A DNA stretch of 64,000 nt from Hypanus sabinus (taxonomy: Eukaryota). The position numbers were made by a program, and so were the translations under genes. Below the pieces are notes generated by a model that worked only from the letters and a program-made list of their open reading frames with translations, did not search any database and had not been told where the DNA came from. This document shows, piece by piece, positions 13,356-26,881 of this stretch (the first letter of the stretch is position 1; every line of letters starts with the position of its first letter). Location of the stretch: the NCBI RefSeq assembly GCF_030144855.1, contig NC_082731.1:27838001-27902000 (forward strand), read 5' to 3'.

Positions 13356-14420
13356 AAGCCCATGGAATTACAGGAAAGATATTGGAATGGGTGGAGCATC
13401 GGCAGATAGGCAGAAATCAAGGGGTGGGAATAAAGGTATCCTATTTTGGTTGGCTGCCGGTTACTAGTGGTGTTCCGCTTCTTTTTGCACCGTATATCGA
13501 TGATTTGGATTATGGATTGAATGGTCTTGTGGCTAAGTTTGCAGTTGACACCAAGATAGGTGGAGGAGCAGGGAGTGTTGAAGAAATGGAAAGGTTGCAG
13601 AGACTTGGTCAGTTTAGGAGAGTGGGCAAAGAAATGGCAGATGAGATACAATGTTGAGAAATGTACGGTTGTACATTTTGGAAGAAGAAATAATCGGGCA
13701 GATTTTTATTTAGATGAGGAGAAAATTCAAAAATCGGAAGTGCAAAGGGACTTGCACCAGCAGGTTGGATTAGCAGTAAGGAAAGCGAATGCTATGTTGG
13801 CAGTTATTTCAAGAGGAATAGTGTGTAAGAGTAAGGAGGTGTTGATGAGGCTCTATGGAGCACTGGTGAGACCTCATTTGGAATACTGTGTGCAGTTTTG
13901 GACCCCCTATCTTAGAAGGGATGTACTGATGTTGGAGAGAATTCAGAGAAGATTTACGAGGATGATTCCTGGAATGCAGGGGCTAACATATGAGGAGCAT
14001 TTGTTGGATTTTGAACTGTATTCATTAGAGTATAGAAGAATGAGAAGGGATCTCATTGAAACATTTTGAATGCTGAAAGGGTTGGACAGAGTAGATGTGC
14101 AAAGGCTGTTTCCCTTGGGGTGGTGAGTCCAGGACAAGAGGCCACAGTCTTAGAATTAGAGGGTACCCATTTAAAACGGAGATGAGGAGAATTTTTTTTA
14201 GCTAGAGGGCCATGGATTTATGGAATTTGCTGCCACATACAGCTGTGGAGACCCGATCATTGAGGGTGTTTAAGGAGGAGATTGATAGGTCAGGGTATCA
14301 AGGGATATGGGGAAAAAGCTTGAAATTGGAACTAGATGGGAGAATAGTTTAGCTCATGGTGGAGTGTCGGAGCAGACTTGATGGGCTGAATGGCCTACCT
14401 CTGCTCCTTTGTCTTGTGAT
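13355..14420 (+). mobile_element. CR1 3' portion (RT C-terminus and 3' UTR)
   Basis: KAHGITGKILEWV, AKFAVDTKIGG, RPHLEYCVQFWTPYLRRDVLMLERIQRRFTRMIPG; typical CR1 tail ending ...tcttgtgatcttg. Confidence 0.9.
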
Positions 14421-15499
14421 CTTGTATTAACATATTGGGTAAACCTACCAGAGCCTGAAGAAAATCATCCAAGTGAGCAGCTTTCAGATCCATGCTGGGA
14501 AAAGGGAGGAAAGAAATTCAGAAGTTTTGCATGGACTATTGAAGGGAAGGCAGAAAGGACAGGAATTAGTAATAAGGCAACAAATGATGCAGTGTCTTTT
14601 TCTGGGCTGTCTCCATGTGAAGCACCAGAGATGGATGATAAAGTGTTCAAAAAGAGACAGGAAAATAGAGAAGTAATCTTAAATCACGATATTGTTGAAT
14701 GTTGAGTAACTAACAATTATTATGGATATTTACAACAAGGATCACAGGATTATTGCTTTAAATATATAGAACAGTTCCTTAAGAATTCAGGTCTTTTTCA
14801 TAATATTTAATACAAATATAAATATGAGGTCAAGATATGTTGACCCACACTCCAGTTCAGAAGGTGGTGCTAATTCATCTTAAAGCTGTTTGCTGTCTGC
14901 CATCAAACCTTAAAAACCTATCAACAATGGAAAGGCCCAGATGGAGTTGATGTGGAGAGGATGTTTGCAAGAGTGTAGAGATGTAAACATACACAGGCCA
15001 TTTCTGTCCTGCTGAAGAATCTCAGCCCAAAACATCGACTGTACTCTTTTCCATTGTGGCTCCTGAGATCCTCCAACACTTTGTGTGTGTTGTCATCGCA
15101 GGCTGTTTGCTGAAGGAAGTCAAAGAAGGAAAACAACAGAGTAAAAGTCAGGCAGACACAGTGAAACAGACCTTCCATCTACCTGTTTTATCCCTGCTGC
15201 CATTGGTTAAAAGGCCTACTGGTCCTCCCACCTGTCTTTTATTTGGGTAGACAACCATGCAGATGGCTTGTCTCGATTGGTTGGACGTCTGCATGTTCCC
15301 ACCCTCCCTTTATATCTCCATTGATTTGTGCACAGGGCCGTCATATGGATTGCCCTACCATTGGTCACAATTTCTTTCGTCATGGCGGGTGTTGAAGGGC
15401 ATGAAAATCTTTTGGAAAGGTCCATTTGGTTCAAATGATTGAAGTTGATGTTTCAGCAAAACTGAGAAAGTTGTCAAGGGGAATATTTTTAAGATTAAA

Positions 15500-15596
15500 A
15501 ACAGAAAATCAAGCAACACACACAAAATGCTGGAGGAACTCAGCAGGCCAGGCAGCATCTATGGAAAAGAATACAGTCGACATTTCGGGCTGAGAT
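15500..15596. repeat. Short interspersed repeat (acacacaaaatgctggaggaactcagcaggccaggcagcatc family)
   Basis: Related copies at about 14990-15100, 49044-49160, 53931-54058, 55793-55900 and 60401-60527, in both orientations. Confidence 0.7.
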
Positions 15597-15599
15597 GAA

Positions 15600-18500
15600 G
15601 TGAGGCCTCAACAGTGCTTTATAAAGTCTCAACATTACATCCTTGCTTTAATATTGCAGTCCTCTGGAAATGAATGCTAATATCATATGTGTCTTCCTCA
15701 CCACAGGCTCAACCTGCAATTTAACCAACACAAGGTCTTCCAAATAGTTTTCCACCTCAGTGTTTTGTATTTTTTCTCCATTTCGGAAATAGTCAACCCT
15801 GTCATTTCTTCTACCAAATGGTATGACCATACACTTTCCAACATTGTGTACCATCTACCACTTCTTTGCCTATTCTCAATCTGTCTAAATATATCTGTAG
15901 CATCTCTATTTCCTCAAAACTACCTGCCCCTCCACCTATTTTTGTATCTTCTGCAAACTTTACAAAAACACCATCAATTCCAACATCCAAATCATTGACA
16001 AATAATGTGAAAAGAATTGAACCCATCATAGACCCATATAGAACACCACTAGTCACCAGCTCACTTTATTTCCTCTTTGCCTGCTGCCGATCAGTGGTAG
16101 TTTTATACATACTAGGATTTTTCCTGTAATACCATGGCTCATAGAATCTTAGGCAGTCTCATGTGTGGCACCTTGTCATAGGCCTTCTGAAAATCCAAGT
16201 ACACAACATCAACTGATTCTCCTTTGTCTATCCTGCTTATTATTCCTTCAAAGAATTCCAATGGATTTGTCAGTAAAGATTTTCCCTTGAGGAAACCATG
16301 CTGACTTCTGTCCATTTTATCATGTGCCTCCAAGTACCCCAAAACCACACCCTTAGCAATTAACTCCAGCATCTTCCCAACCACTGAGGTCAGAGTAACT
16401 GGCCTATAATTTCCTTTCTTCTACCTCTTTCCCTTCTTGAAGAATGGAATGACATTTGCAATTTTCCAATCTTCCAGAACCATTCAGGAATCTATTGATT
16501 CTATAAAAATCATTAGTAATGCCTGCACAATCTCTTCAGCCATCTCTTTCTGAATGTTGTGGTGTGCACCATCTGGTCCAGGTGACTTATCTACCTTCAG
16601 ACCTTTCAGTGTCTCAAGAGTCTTCTCTGTAGTAATGGTAGCTTCACACACTTCATGACCCCGACACCTGGAACTTCTAGCGTACTGCTCGTGTCTTTCA
16701 CAGTGAAGACTGATGAAATATACTTATTCAGTTTGTCTGCCATTTCCTTGTCCCCATTTCTACCTTTCCAGCATCATTGTCTAGTGGTCCGATATCAACA
16801 CTCTCCTCTCTTTTACACTTCATGTTTCAGAAGACACTTTTGATGTCTTCTTTAATATTATTGGCAAGCTTACTTTCATACTCCATCTTAACCTTCTTAC
16901 TAACTTTTTTAGTTGCCTCTCTTGGCTTTTAAAAGCTTTCCAATCTCAATTTCAGGATGAATTTGATCATATTGTGATCACTTATCTCAAAGGGTTAAGC
17001 TCTCTAATCAATTCTAGTTCATTGTACAACACCCAATCGAGAACAGTCAATCTATCTGCAAGGTTATTGGACCCCTTCTGGTTCAGGTGTTACCTGTCCC
17101 TTTTGTACATGTCAAACCTTCTCCAGAAGAGATCCCAATGATCCATATATCTGAACCTCTGCCCCCTGCACCAGTTCCTCGGCCAGGTATTCACCTGCCA
17201 AGTCATCTTATTCTTACCCTTACTGGCATGTGGCACAGGCAGCAATCTGGAGTTTACTTCCCTGGAGGTCCTGTTCCTTAGGTTTCTCCCTTGAAACCTA
17301 AAATCTTTCCTTCAGGACCTCCTCACCTCGATAACCTATGTCACTGGTGCCAATATAATGAGTATGGTTTGGACCTAATTGCTGGGATATCCAAAGCAAG
17401 TTTCGAGACACAGTATCAAAACAGATCTGAGCACAAAACCAACACTAGATGGTATCATGAGTAGGTTGATGATTGAGCACCCAACTTTAAATACTCAATT
17501 CATGGTGCCCAAAACTTAATTAATGATTTGCAGGACCATCCTGAACCCTTTAAGGGGCTGTGACAGCTATCTGTACTCTGTCTTGTAATGGGACACCCCT
17601 CCGCAATGGCTGTCTGCTGATGGCCATGGCTGCTTGGAGAGGCGGTGATGATAGTCATGGATGAGGGCCGGATCTAAGATGTCTCTATCAGGCACCCAGC
17701 GCCTATCCTCAGGTCCGAATCCTTCCCAGTCCACGAGGTATTTCCAAAGACCCCAACAGTACACGAATCCAAAAGTCTTCTCACTGTGAAGAACAGTTCC
17801 CCTTCAATAAATGTGGGTGGTGACAGGGCTGATGATGCTGGGTATAAGGAGTTGATGCAGACATGGAGATATGGAAGGTGGGATTGATCTTTAGGGTCTT
17901 GGGGAGATACAAGGTATAAGCCACCGGGTTTACTTTCCTCAGAACTTTGAAGGGTCCAATGAACTTGGGCACCAACTTTCTAGATTCCACCTGGAGATGC
18001 AAATCATGAGTGGACAGTCAGACCTGTTGCCCAGGCTGTAAAGTGGGTCTGTCTTCTCCTTCAGTTCACCTTGGTCTCCACCTCTGGGTAGAGACCAGCA
18101 CAATTTCTCTTCCACTAATCTATCTCTCCTTGCAGTGTTAGATGGAATATTCAGCTGCAGGGATCTCAACCCCATCCTGTTCTGGAAAGAGAAGCAGATG
18201 GTAACCAAACTGGCACTTGAACGGTGACATTCCATGCACCGAATGCTGTAAAGTGTTTTGGGCGAACTCTGCCCACATCAATGCTCACACCTCTCATCAG
18301 GTCTTTCTGAGATCAGACATATTAGGGTATGTTCTAAATCTTTGTTGGTCCTCTCCATTTGACCATTGGATTGTGGATGAAACCCAGGAAAGTTTTGCTC
18401 TTGCCCCTATCTGTTTACAGGATGACTTCCAGAAATATGATGGAAATTGTGAACCACAATCCAAGACAGTGTCCACCGGGAATCTGGATCTGGAAGACCT

Positions 18501-21500
18501 GGTCCAGGACAATTTCAGCCGTCTCCACTGCAGATGCTAGCTTCTCCGATACAGTGAGCTTGCAGGCTTTCGTAAACAAATCGACGGTTACCATGATGAC
18601 CGACTTCCCCTTAGATGGCGGGAGACCCATGACAAAGTCCATGTAGATGTATGGTCAAGGTCTTCCAGGACAGGTAGAGGATGGAGGATCAGGTTCAGGG
18701 CTCCTTGTTCTGGTTGTACAGTCCATATACCTGTACGTACTGCCAAACCTCTTCCGTCATTCCAGGCCACCAATACCTCCTCTTGCTAAACTTGAGGGTC
18801 TTGCCAATCCCTGGCAGTGTGGTCATTCTCAATGAATGTCCCTATTGGAAAACCTGAGACTGGACAGAATTTGAGACAAACAGCTGACCCAGAGGGATGC
18901 CCTTAGAAATCCCTCCCTTGTGCTTGGGCCTTGTGAACAAGAGCGGTGATTGCTCAACAAATTGCTGCAACCATCCTGATTCGGGGCAAAATGTTGGCTG
19001 GCTGCTCCTCTTGTTCCAGTTCATCAAACCTGTGGGTCAGGGCATCTGGCTTCTGGTTCTTTTACCTCAGTCGAAATGTCAGGATGAATTCAAAGTGGTT
19101 AAAGAACAAAGACCACCTAGCCTGCCTGGAATTCAGCCTGTTGGCCTCCTGAATATAAGCCATGTTCTTGTGGTCAATCCAAACGATAAAAGGGTCACTA
19201 TCCCCCTTGAGACAGTGACTCCATTCCTCCAAAACTAACTTAACTGCAGGGAGTTCCTGATTCCCTTTGCCATAGTTCCTCTCTGCCAGGGATAGTTACC
19301 TGGAGAAGAATGCACACGGGTGAAGTTCACTGTCTGAATGTGATCGTTGAGACAAGACCGTATCCACTCCAATGACTGAGGCGTCACTTCCATGTAGAAG
19401 GGGAGTTCGGAGGTAGGAGAAATCAAGATGAGAGCTGTTGTGAAGCTCTGTTAGGGCCAACAAAAGCAGACTCTGCTTCAGCAGTCCAGGCAAAAGGGCC
19501 GGTGGAATTCTTAGTTGGCGACGTCAGCAGAGTTGCCACAGAGCAAAGTTCCTGGTAAACTTCTGGTAGCAGTTTGCAAATCCTAGGAATCGCTGGACTC
19601 CTTTAATGCTGGATGTTGGTGGTCAATCTCTGACTACTCAGGTCTTGGTAGGTCCACCTTGAGATTGCCATTGGAGATGATGAATGCCAAAAATGAAACA
19701 GTTGTAATGTGAAACTTGGACTTCTCCAACTTGATCTAAATCCATTCTCGAAAAGACTCTTTAAAATGTCTCTGATGGGAATGACATTTTCTACCATGGA
19801 CTTTGAGAAGATTGGGATATCATCCATGTAGATGAAGGAATACTTATGTAGAGTATCTTGGCGCATGTAGTTTATAAAGGCCTGGAAAATTGCTGGAGCA
19901 TTCACAAGGCTGAAGGGCATAACCAAGTACTCGTAGTGCCCCGTCGGTGTATTGAATACAGTCTTCCACTCATCACATTCCCTTGTATGGACCAGATTGT
20001 CTGCACTCTGCTGTTCCTGATTTGTGAGTACCCTCACTCTTGGAGCATCTTGGCCGTATTCATGAGTGGTAGGGGGTTGCGATTTTTGTCTTTCATGCAG
20101 TTTAATGCCCTATAATCAATGCACGGCCATAGGCTCTCATCCATCTGTTGTACAAAGAAGAAGCCTGTACAGCAGGATAGGTGGAGGTTTGAGTGAAGCC
20201 CGTGGCAAAAGCATCCTTAATATTCTCTTCCATTACGCTACTCTCTGGGCCTTAATGCATATACAGTCAAACATGTGGGGGAAAGGTACCAGGCTGCAGC
20301 TCTACAGACAGTTGTATGGTGGTAGAGTCAATGCCTTTTCCTTGCTGAAGACTTCCTTCAAGCCCTTGTAGATGGAAGAGATTTTAACCAGTTTGGGTGT
20401 TGCTGTCTCCTTCTGAGCTTCTTTCAAGGATGACCCCTGTGGCTTTTTAGGCAGCAGGAGAGATTCAACTGACCTCAGAGTCTGCTCCCTAGGCTCATAA
20501 AGCTCATTCATGCAAATGGGCTAATTCAGAGTTCAAATCCCTGTAGGAATCCTCAGGTAATGCATCAAGGTATTACAGAGGGTTCTTCATCTTCTAAAAA
20601 TAGGCTTGAAGGTTCAGTGTGAAGAGGTGTTTTCCTTTCTTTGATACCTGGTGGCTAGATTCATTAAGCTTGGCTGCAAGTTCCCCAGATTGTTCAGGCA
20701 TCTCCCTGGTCCTCTCCTGAACCAGAGATTCCCTCTCTCTAGCTCCTGTGGGATCCTGACTAGATAGTGTCACGACTCACACAGTCCCATTGGCTGGAAC
20801 CGGCTTGTCCGTCCTAACGGCTGGACTAGTTCTGCAGATGATCTCAGGTTACCTCGCACTGAAAGCTGTCCACTCTTACCATGACTGGACCAAGCAATGA
20901 TTCCCCACACCCTCAGTCCTGGATGGGTTATGCTGGGACAGCCAAGGGTACCCGAGGATCAGGGGTATAAATGGAGAGTCAATAATGTGGAAACTAATGT
21001 CTTTCACAAGATCTGCTATCCTCATTTGCAAATCCACAGTCTGTTGCTGGAGCTGCCTGGAACCCAGTGGGTGAACATCCTAGACAATTGTGAGCATGGG
21101 TAGCCCCAGAGCTCACAAAAGCCTCACCTGCCTTAAGTTCTTACCCCAGGGGAACTCTGCGTCCAGCACAAACCCAGAAGCAGTGGGATTGGGAGAAGTG
21201 GCTGCTACCATCACGGTCCTCTCGATACTGGGCTACAGCCTGAGTCTGTCAGCTCACCGGTGACATAATCCCTACAGTCAAAGCAGCAACCTTGACTCCT
21301 GCCTCAAAACAGTGGAGAGTCCAGTGCAACCGACCTTTGTGGGTTTGACTGGATCTTGAGCGACAGGCTGGTTATGGTTCAAGGTTGTGGAGAGGAACTG
21401 TGATACATAGGGACTGGGCTTAGATTGGCTCTCCTTGATCTCCTGAATTGGTCCCACTTTTGCTCTGCCAGTTGAGTATCAAGACAGATGGATTGGTTAG

Positions 21501-23030
21501 TCAGAACCTCAAAGTTTACTGCTGTCTCAGCCAAAGCAAGGGCATTCTTCAGTTTATCTCGAAGTCCGAGGTAGTATAGCAGGGCTAAGACCTCCCCATT
21601 CCAACCACTTTCCTGGGGCAAGGTCCAAAGTTCGATCGTGTAGTCAGCTGCAGACCATCTCCCCTATTGAACCTTCATTCGGTGATCTGAGGATCGGCTG
21701 GCGTTGGTGAGTTGATGGAATACCTTCTTCATGGGGACCATGAACTCCTACGAATCTGATCTATGTTCCCAGTGTGCAGTAGCCATGCCAGGGCTCTTCC
21801 AGGTAGGAGAGAGGTAACAAAGGCCACTTTTCCATGCTCTGAAGGGAACCGGGACTGCTGTAGTTCAGACACTAATGAGCCTTGGGTGAGGAAGCCGTGG
21901 CAAGAATCTGGGTCACCGTCGCAGCTCTCCAAGGTTTGAAGATATGCTGACTCCCCTGAGTGACCTTGGCTTGCATGTTGTGAAAGTTGATGAACGGGTA
22001 CCTGAAGGTCATGAATCTCCAGGCCTCATCTGGAAAACCTTTCACTGCGGCTGGCCATAGCAGACAAAAAATTCTGATATCCTCCTGGGTCCATGTTGGC
22101 TCAATCGTACTGTGACGAGAATCCTTGATGAGGATGGTTTGGACCCATTTGCTGGGGTAAACGAGGCAATGTTCTAAACATGGTATCGAACTTGATCTGA
22201 GCACAAAACAAATGCTAGACGATATCACTAGTAGGTTTATCACTGAGCACTGAACTTTGGTTCAGTGTTCCTTGATTTTCAATCCTTGGTGCCCAAAACA
22301 TGGTTACCAATCAGTGGAACCATCCTGAATCTTTAAAGGGGCTGTGCCAGCTATCTGTATTCCCGGAAAGTTCAAGTATCTAAAACCCGGAAGCTGGTGC
22401 AGTTGGGTGTGTCTTCATAACAAAGATTTCTGGCTGCTCACCCTCACCATTGAGAATTCCATGGGCACGATCTGTGACAACCCTGATCCTGGCAGCCGGG
22501 ATGCAACTTACCATCTGGGTGTCTAACAGAACCTCATCCCTGTTCCTCTGACGAAGGAATCTCTTATCATCACTGCATTCTTCTTCACCTCTCTCCTCTT
22601 CTGAAACATATCACCAGCCTCAGTGCCAGAGAACCAGTTGCTGTAGCTCCCCCCTCAATGGTATATAAAGTTAAATACTTTTTATCGAGAAGAACAGCCA
22701 CAGGTGTTCTCTGCACAGGCTGTGCATTTCCCTTCCTTCTCTTGACAGTCACCCGGTGACCTGTCTCCTGCAACTTTGGGGTAACTACCTCTATGTAGCT
22801 CCTGTCTATCACCTCTTCATTCTCCTGTATGAGTTGAAGGTCATCGAGCTGCAGCTCCGGTTCCTTAAAACATTCTCTCAGTTGCTGCAACTCGGTGCAC
22901 CTGGTGCAGGTGTGTTCACCTGGGAGAATGGAGTCTCCCAGACTTCCCACAACCCACACAGAGAGCAAAACATTGCCCCTGGAGCCATTCTCACTGAACT
23001 ACCATGACCTAATAGATGAGGAATGATCAA
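15600..23030 (-). mobile_element. Near full-length degenerate CR1, split within ORF1 by a Gypsy element
   Basis: RT motifs SQHGFLKGKSLLTNPLEFFE...YLDFQKAYDKVPH (16139-16384) and VKFAEDTKIGG (15811-16056); ORF1 esterase region ends at about 17345 and ORF1 N-terminus HTCTRCTELQQLRE... resumes at 22585-22968. Confidence 0.8.
17358..22360 (-). mobile_element. Chromodomain-bearing Gypsy (chromovirus, sushi/Tf2-like) LTR retrotransposon, degenerate
   Basis: Gag (MDP start near 22095; CDGDPDSCHGFLTQ...GRALAW), protease (IIDSPFIPLILGYPWL), RT (WKTVFNTPTGHYEYLVMPFSLVNAPAIFQ...YMDD), RNase H (FYMEV-ASVIGVDTVLSQR), integrase (MDFVMGLPPSKG), GPF module (KFIGPFKV) and chromodomain ([17 protein letters not shown]). 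Diverged direct repeats at about 17358-17575 and 22111-22360. Confidence 0.9.
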
Positions 23031-23063
23031 ATGGGAACAGAAAGAGAGAAACCTTAAGGTCTT

Positions 23064-24775
23064 ATGGAAGGTGGATCAAGGACTAAACAGAGGAAATTCA
23101 TGAGACATAATCTCCCATACACACAGCATTACTCACTAATCCTAATCAACCCCAGTTTTCTGAAATAGCTCTTAACCCTCAGAACTCGCCCATTAAGACC
23201 ATAAGAGATTGGAGCAGAACTTGGCCATTTGGTCTATAAAGTTTGCTCTGCAATTTCATCATGGCTGATCCATTTTCTCTCTTTGCCCCAATTCCTTGAC
23301 TTCTCCCCGTATCTTTTCATGCCCTGACCAATCAAGGATCTATCGACCTCTGCCTTGAATATAACTAAAGACGTTGTCTGCGGCTGCCTGGTGCAACAAA
23401 TTCCACAGATTCACCATTCTCTGCCAAAAGAAATTTGACCTCATCTCCATTCTGAAAGGACACCCTATATTCTGAGGCTGTGTCCTCTGGTCTTAGACAC
23501 TCCCACCATAGGAAACACCCTCTCCACATCCACTCTATTGAGGCCTTTCAACATTCGAGTGGTTTCAATGAGGTCACCCCTCATTCTTCTGAATTCCAGT
23601 GAGCACAATCACTAAGGCATCAAACACTCTTCATATAAGCCTTTAAATCCCAGAATAATTTTTTGTGAATCTCCTTTGAACCCTCTCCAATGTTATCATA
23701 TCCTCAACATTAAATCCTTGCTTTTATGTTGTAGTCCTATTGAAATGAATGCTGACTTTGCATTTGCCTTCCTCACCACCGACTCAACCTGCAAATGAAC
23801 CTTTAGGGAATCGTGCACAAGGACCCAGTTCAAGAGTAGTTGGGATGGGAAAGAAATGTTGTTCTACTCACATCCCATGAATGAATAACTAGAAGTCATC
23901 CACTGTTATGTTGTATCATGACGGATCCATTACTGTATTGTTTTCAAATTGATTCCACGTGATTGGAATTGTCTTTTAATTAAATTGCAATGAAATTAAT
24001 GTAGTGTTAATAATATTTCGTGGCTGTTTTACTGTTTATTATTTTCGGTAGTTACATCACAATATTGTATAGAATTGTTTCCATGGAAATTCCATTGATA
24101 AGTTGGTTCTGTTTGTATAAAACTGTATGTGATAGAATTCCCTCAGATACGGCATTGGGAATGACTCTGTCAGTAATCGTATTGGTCAGTCCAGGTTACA
24201 CGTGCAGTCCAGGTTATGGGCATCTCCACAGGATCTGGTCCCAAGTCATCACTTGTTCTTCCAATGACTTCTCCAGTGTCTGATTCAGTGCCATTCCCCT
24301 CATGATCTGCTCTGCACTCCGGGTCATGGCACTCTCCTCCAATCTGTGATTTTGAGTGCAGTCTCCAAAATCTGCTCCGTATGTATTTTCCCATATGACT
24401 GAACATGGTGCACTCCCTGAGGTATCAGGCTGGCAATCTGAATCTCAGATTCTTCCAAATAACTGATGTTAAATTGCTTCTCATACATGGGAATCACAAC
24501 CTTCCTGAAAATCAATTGTGTATTCCCAAACTCTGTCCCATTCCCTCATGAATGACATTGAGAATTAACCACAATTTCTGGTCTTGTGGAGGTGTATTTT
24601 TCCCATTGTCTGGTCTTTTATTATTTTCCCCAATGTCTATTCCAGGAATATATTCCTTCAATGTCTGGTCCTGTGTGCCTTCCTCCAATGTCAGTCCCTT
24701 GATTTACTCTGCTCAAACCAGGTGCTGGTGCCCATTGTATTCTATTCTTCCTTGGTTTGCATTAATCTGTTACCT
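23064..24775 (+). repeat. Segmental duplicate of 1-800 plus 3312-4236
   Basis: 23064-23822 matches 1-800, including about 135 bp of non-TE flank and the same CR1 3' junction (ccattaagaccat). 23822-24775 matches 3312-4236. Confidence 0.85.
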
Positions 24776-24889
24776 GTGATCCGAGATGGTGCAATTCCCA
24801 AACCAGGTGGTGCTGCAGCTGCTCAGGATGCTCTCGATACACCCTTTGTAGAATGTGGTGAGAATTGGGGTTGGAAGATGGACTTACCT

Positions 24890-26716
24890 TCATAATCTCT
24901 TCAGCCACCTCTTTCGGAACCCTGGAGTGTAGACCATCTGATCCAGGTGACTTATCTACCTTCAGACATAACAATTTCCAAAGCACCTTCTCCCTGTTAA
25001 TAACAACTTCACTCACTTCTTCTCCCTGACACTCTTGAATTTCCACCATACAGTTAGTCTTCCCCAGTGAAATCTGATGCAAAGTATTTATTCAGTTCAT
25101 CCACCATTTCCCTATCCCTTCATTACTACCTCTCCAGCATCATTTTCCAGCACGCCAATATCTCATCTTGTCTCTCTTTTACACTTCACATATTTGAAGA
25201 AACTTTTGGTATAATCTTTAATATCATTGGCTAGCTTACATTATTTTCTTACTGACATTTTTCTTGTCTTCTGTTGATTTTTAAAAGCTTCCTAATCCTT
25301 TAACTTCCCACTAATTTTTACTCAATTATATGCCCGTTGTTTGACTTTTATGTTGGCATTGACTTCTCTTGTCAGTCACGGTTGCAACATCCTGCATTTT
25401 GAATACTTCTCTTTGGGATGTATCTATCCTGTGCCTTCTGAATTGCTCCCAGAAGCTCCAGCCTTTGCTGCTCTGCTGTTATCCCTGCCAGTGTCCCCTT
25501 GCAATCAATTTTGTCCAGCTCCTTTCTCATGCCTCTGTATTCCACTGTATTGCCTTTATTCCACTGTAATAGTGATATCTCTGACTCTAGCTTTTCCTTC
25601 TCAATTTCCAGAGTGAGTTCTATCATAGTATGATCACTGGACCCTCAGGGTTTCTTTACCTTAAGCTCTCTGATCAATTCCAGCTCTTTGCACAACACCC
25701 AGTCCAGAATAGCTAATCCCCAGGCGTGCTCAACCACAACCTGCTCTAAAAAGCCATCTTGTAGGCATTCTACACATTTCCACTCTTGAGATCCAGCACC
25801 AACTTGTTATTCCCAATCTACCTGAATATTGAAATCCCCCATGACTATTGTCATTGTCCTTTTGACGTGCATTGTCTTTCTCCTGTTGTAGTTAGTAGAC
25901 CACATTGTTGCTACTATTTATAGTGTCTTTTTATCCTTGCAGTTCCTTAACTCTACCCACAACAATTCTACACCTTCTGATCCTACGTTATCACTTTCTG
26001 TTGATTTAATTTCATTTTTTACTAACAGAGCCAACCCACCTCTCTACCTACCTGCCTGTCCTTTTGATACAATGGGTACTTTTAGACGTTAAGCTCCTAG
26101 CTGGAATCAGCTATGATTCAGTGATGCCACAACATCATGCATTCCAATCTGTAGCTGTGTCACATGTTCATCTACGTTATTCCATATACTGTGTGCATTG
26201 AAGTGATAACAACTTCACTTTTGTATTCACCACCCTTTTCTATTTTGTCTTCCTTTTACATTGCAACTCATCCTGTTGACTGCATTTTAGCCCAATCATC
26301 AGTCCCTGCTTGCTGGTAGTCTCACTACTCACTGCCTCTGTTAGGAAACCAAAGACTCGATCCTCTGCCTTATCACTCCATTTCCCATCCCCCTCCCAAA
26401 TTAGCTTAAACCCCTCCCCCCCCCCCCCAAACAGCTCTAGCAAACCTACACACAAGGATAATTCTCCCCCTCAGCTTCAGGTGTTATTCATCCCTTTTGT
26501 ACAGGTCGCACCTTCCCCAGCAGTGATCACAGTGATCCAGAAATCTGACCCCCTGCCCCCTACACCAATTCCTCAGCCACACATTCATCTGCCAAATCAT
26601 CCTCTTCTGACCCTGCTGTTCTCTCAATACAATTTTTGCTTGGTTTCCTTGTTTAAATTCACAATTATTGTCCCAAATACCCTTTCACATTCTGCCACTT
26701 TCTGCTTATCAAGGCT
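24890..26716 (-). mobile_element. CR1 fragment (ORF1 esterase, endonuclease region and linker)
   Basis: KVLWKLLCLKVDKSPGSDGLHSRV (24762-25082); NWNKGNTVEYRGMRKELDKIDC (25372-25626); esterase segment at about 26480-26716. Confidence 0.8.
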
Positions 26717-26786
26717 GAGAGGCTAGGAATAAAGAGGTAAGGTCGAGAGTCCCAGGGGTTGTGAGGGGCCTCAGAATGTATTGCTG

Positions 26787-26795
26787 TCATTGGGG
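26787..26795 (-). other. Candidate TM2 mini-exon (CCC CAA TGA) with non-canonical acceptor (ctgcAA)
   Basis: Lies 86 nt after the TM1 donor, at the end of a pyrimidine-rich tract; the expected AG reads AA. Identity as TM2 is inferred. Confidence 0.35.
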
Positions 26796-26881
26796 TTGCA
26801 GTGTCAGAGAATGCAATGTGGTGAGATAAGGAAAGTGAAAGTTTGAGCTTCATGGAATGTCTCTGTTAGTTAATTAGTTAC

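Noticed and set aside
20510-20517. Ig-promoter octamer ATGCAAAT
   Set aside because: Lies inside a Gypsy pol region with no leader or V exon nearby; expected by chance.
24020-24283. Hydrophobic plus-strand ORF resembling a GPCR transmembrane segment
   Set aside because: No DRY/NPxxY-type motifs; stops in the duplicate copy; better explained as antisense of an AT-rich decayed ORF.
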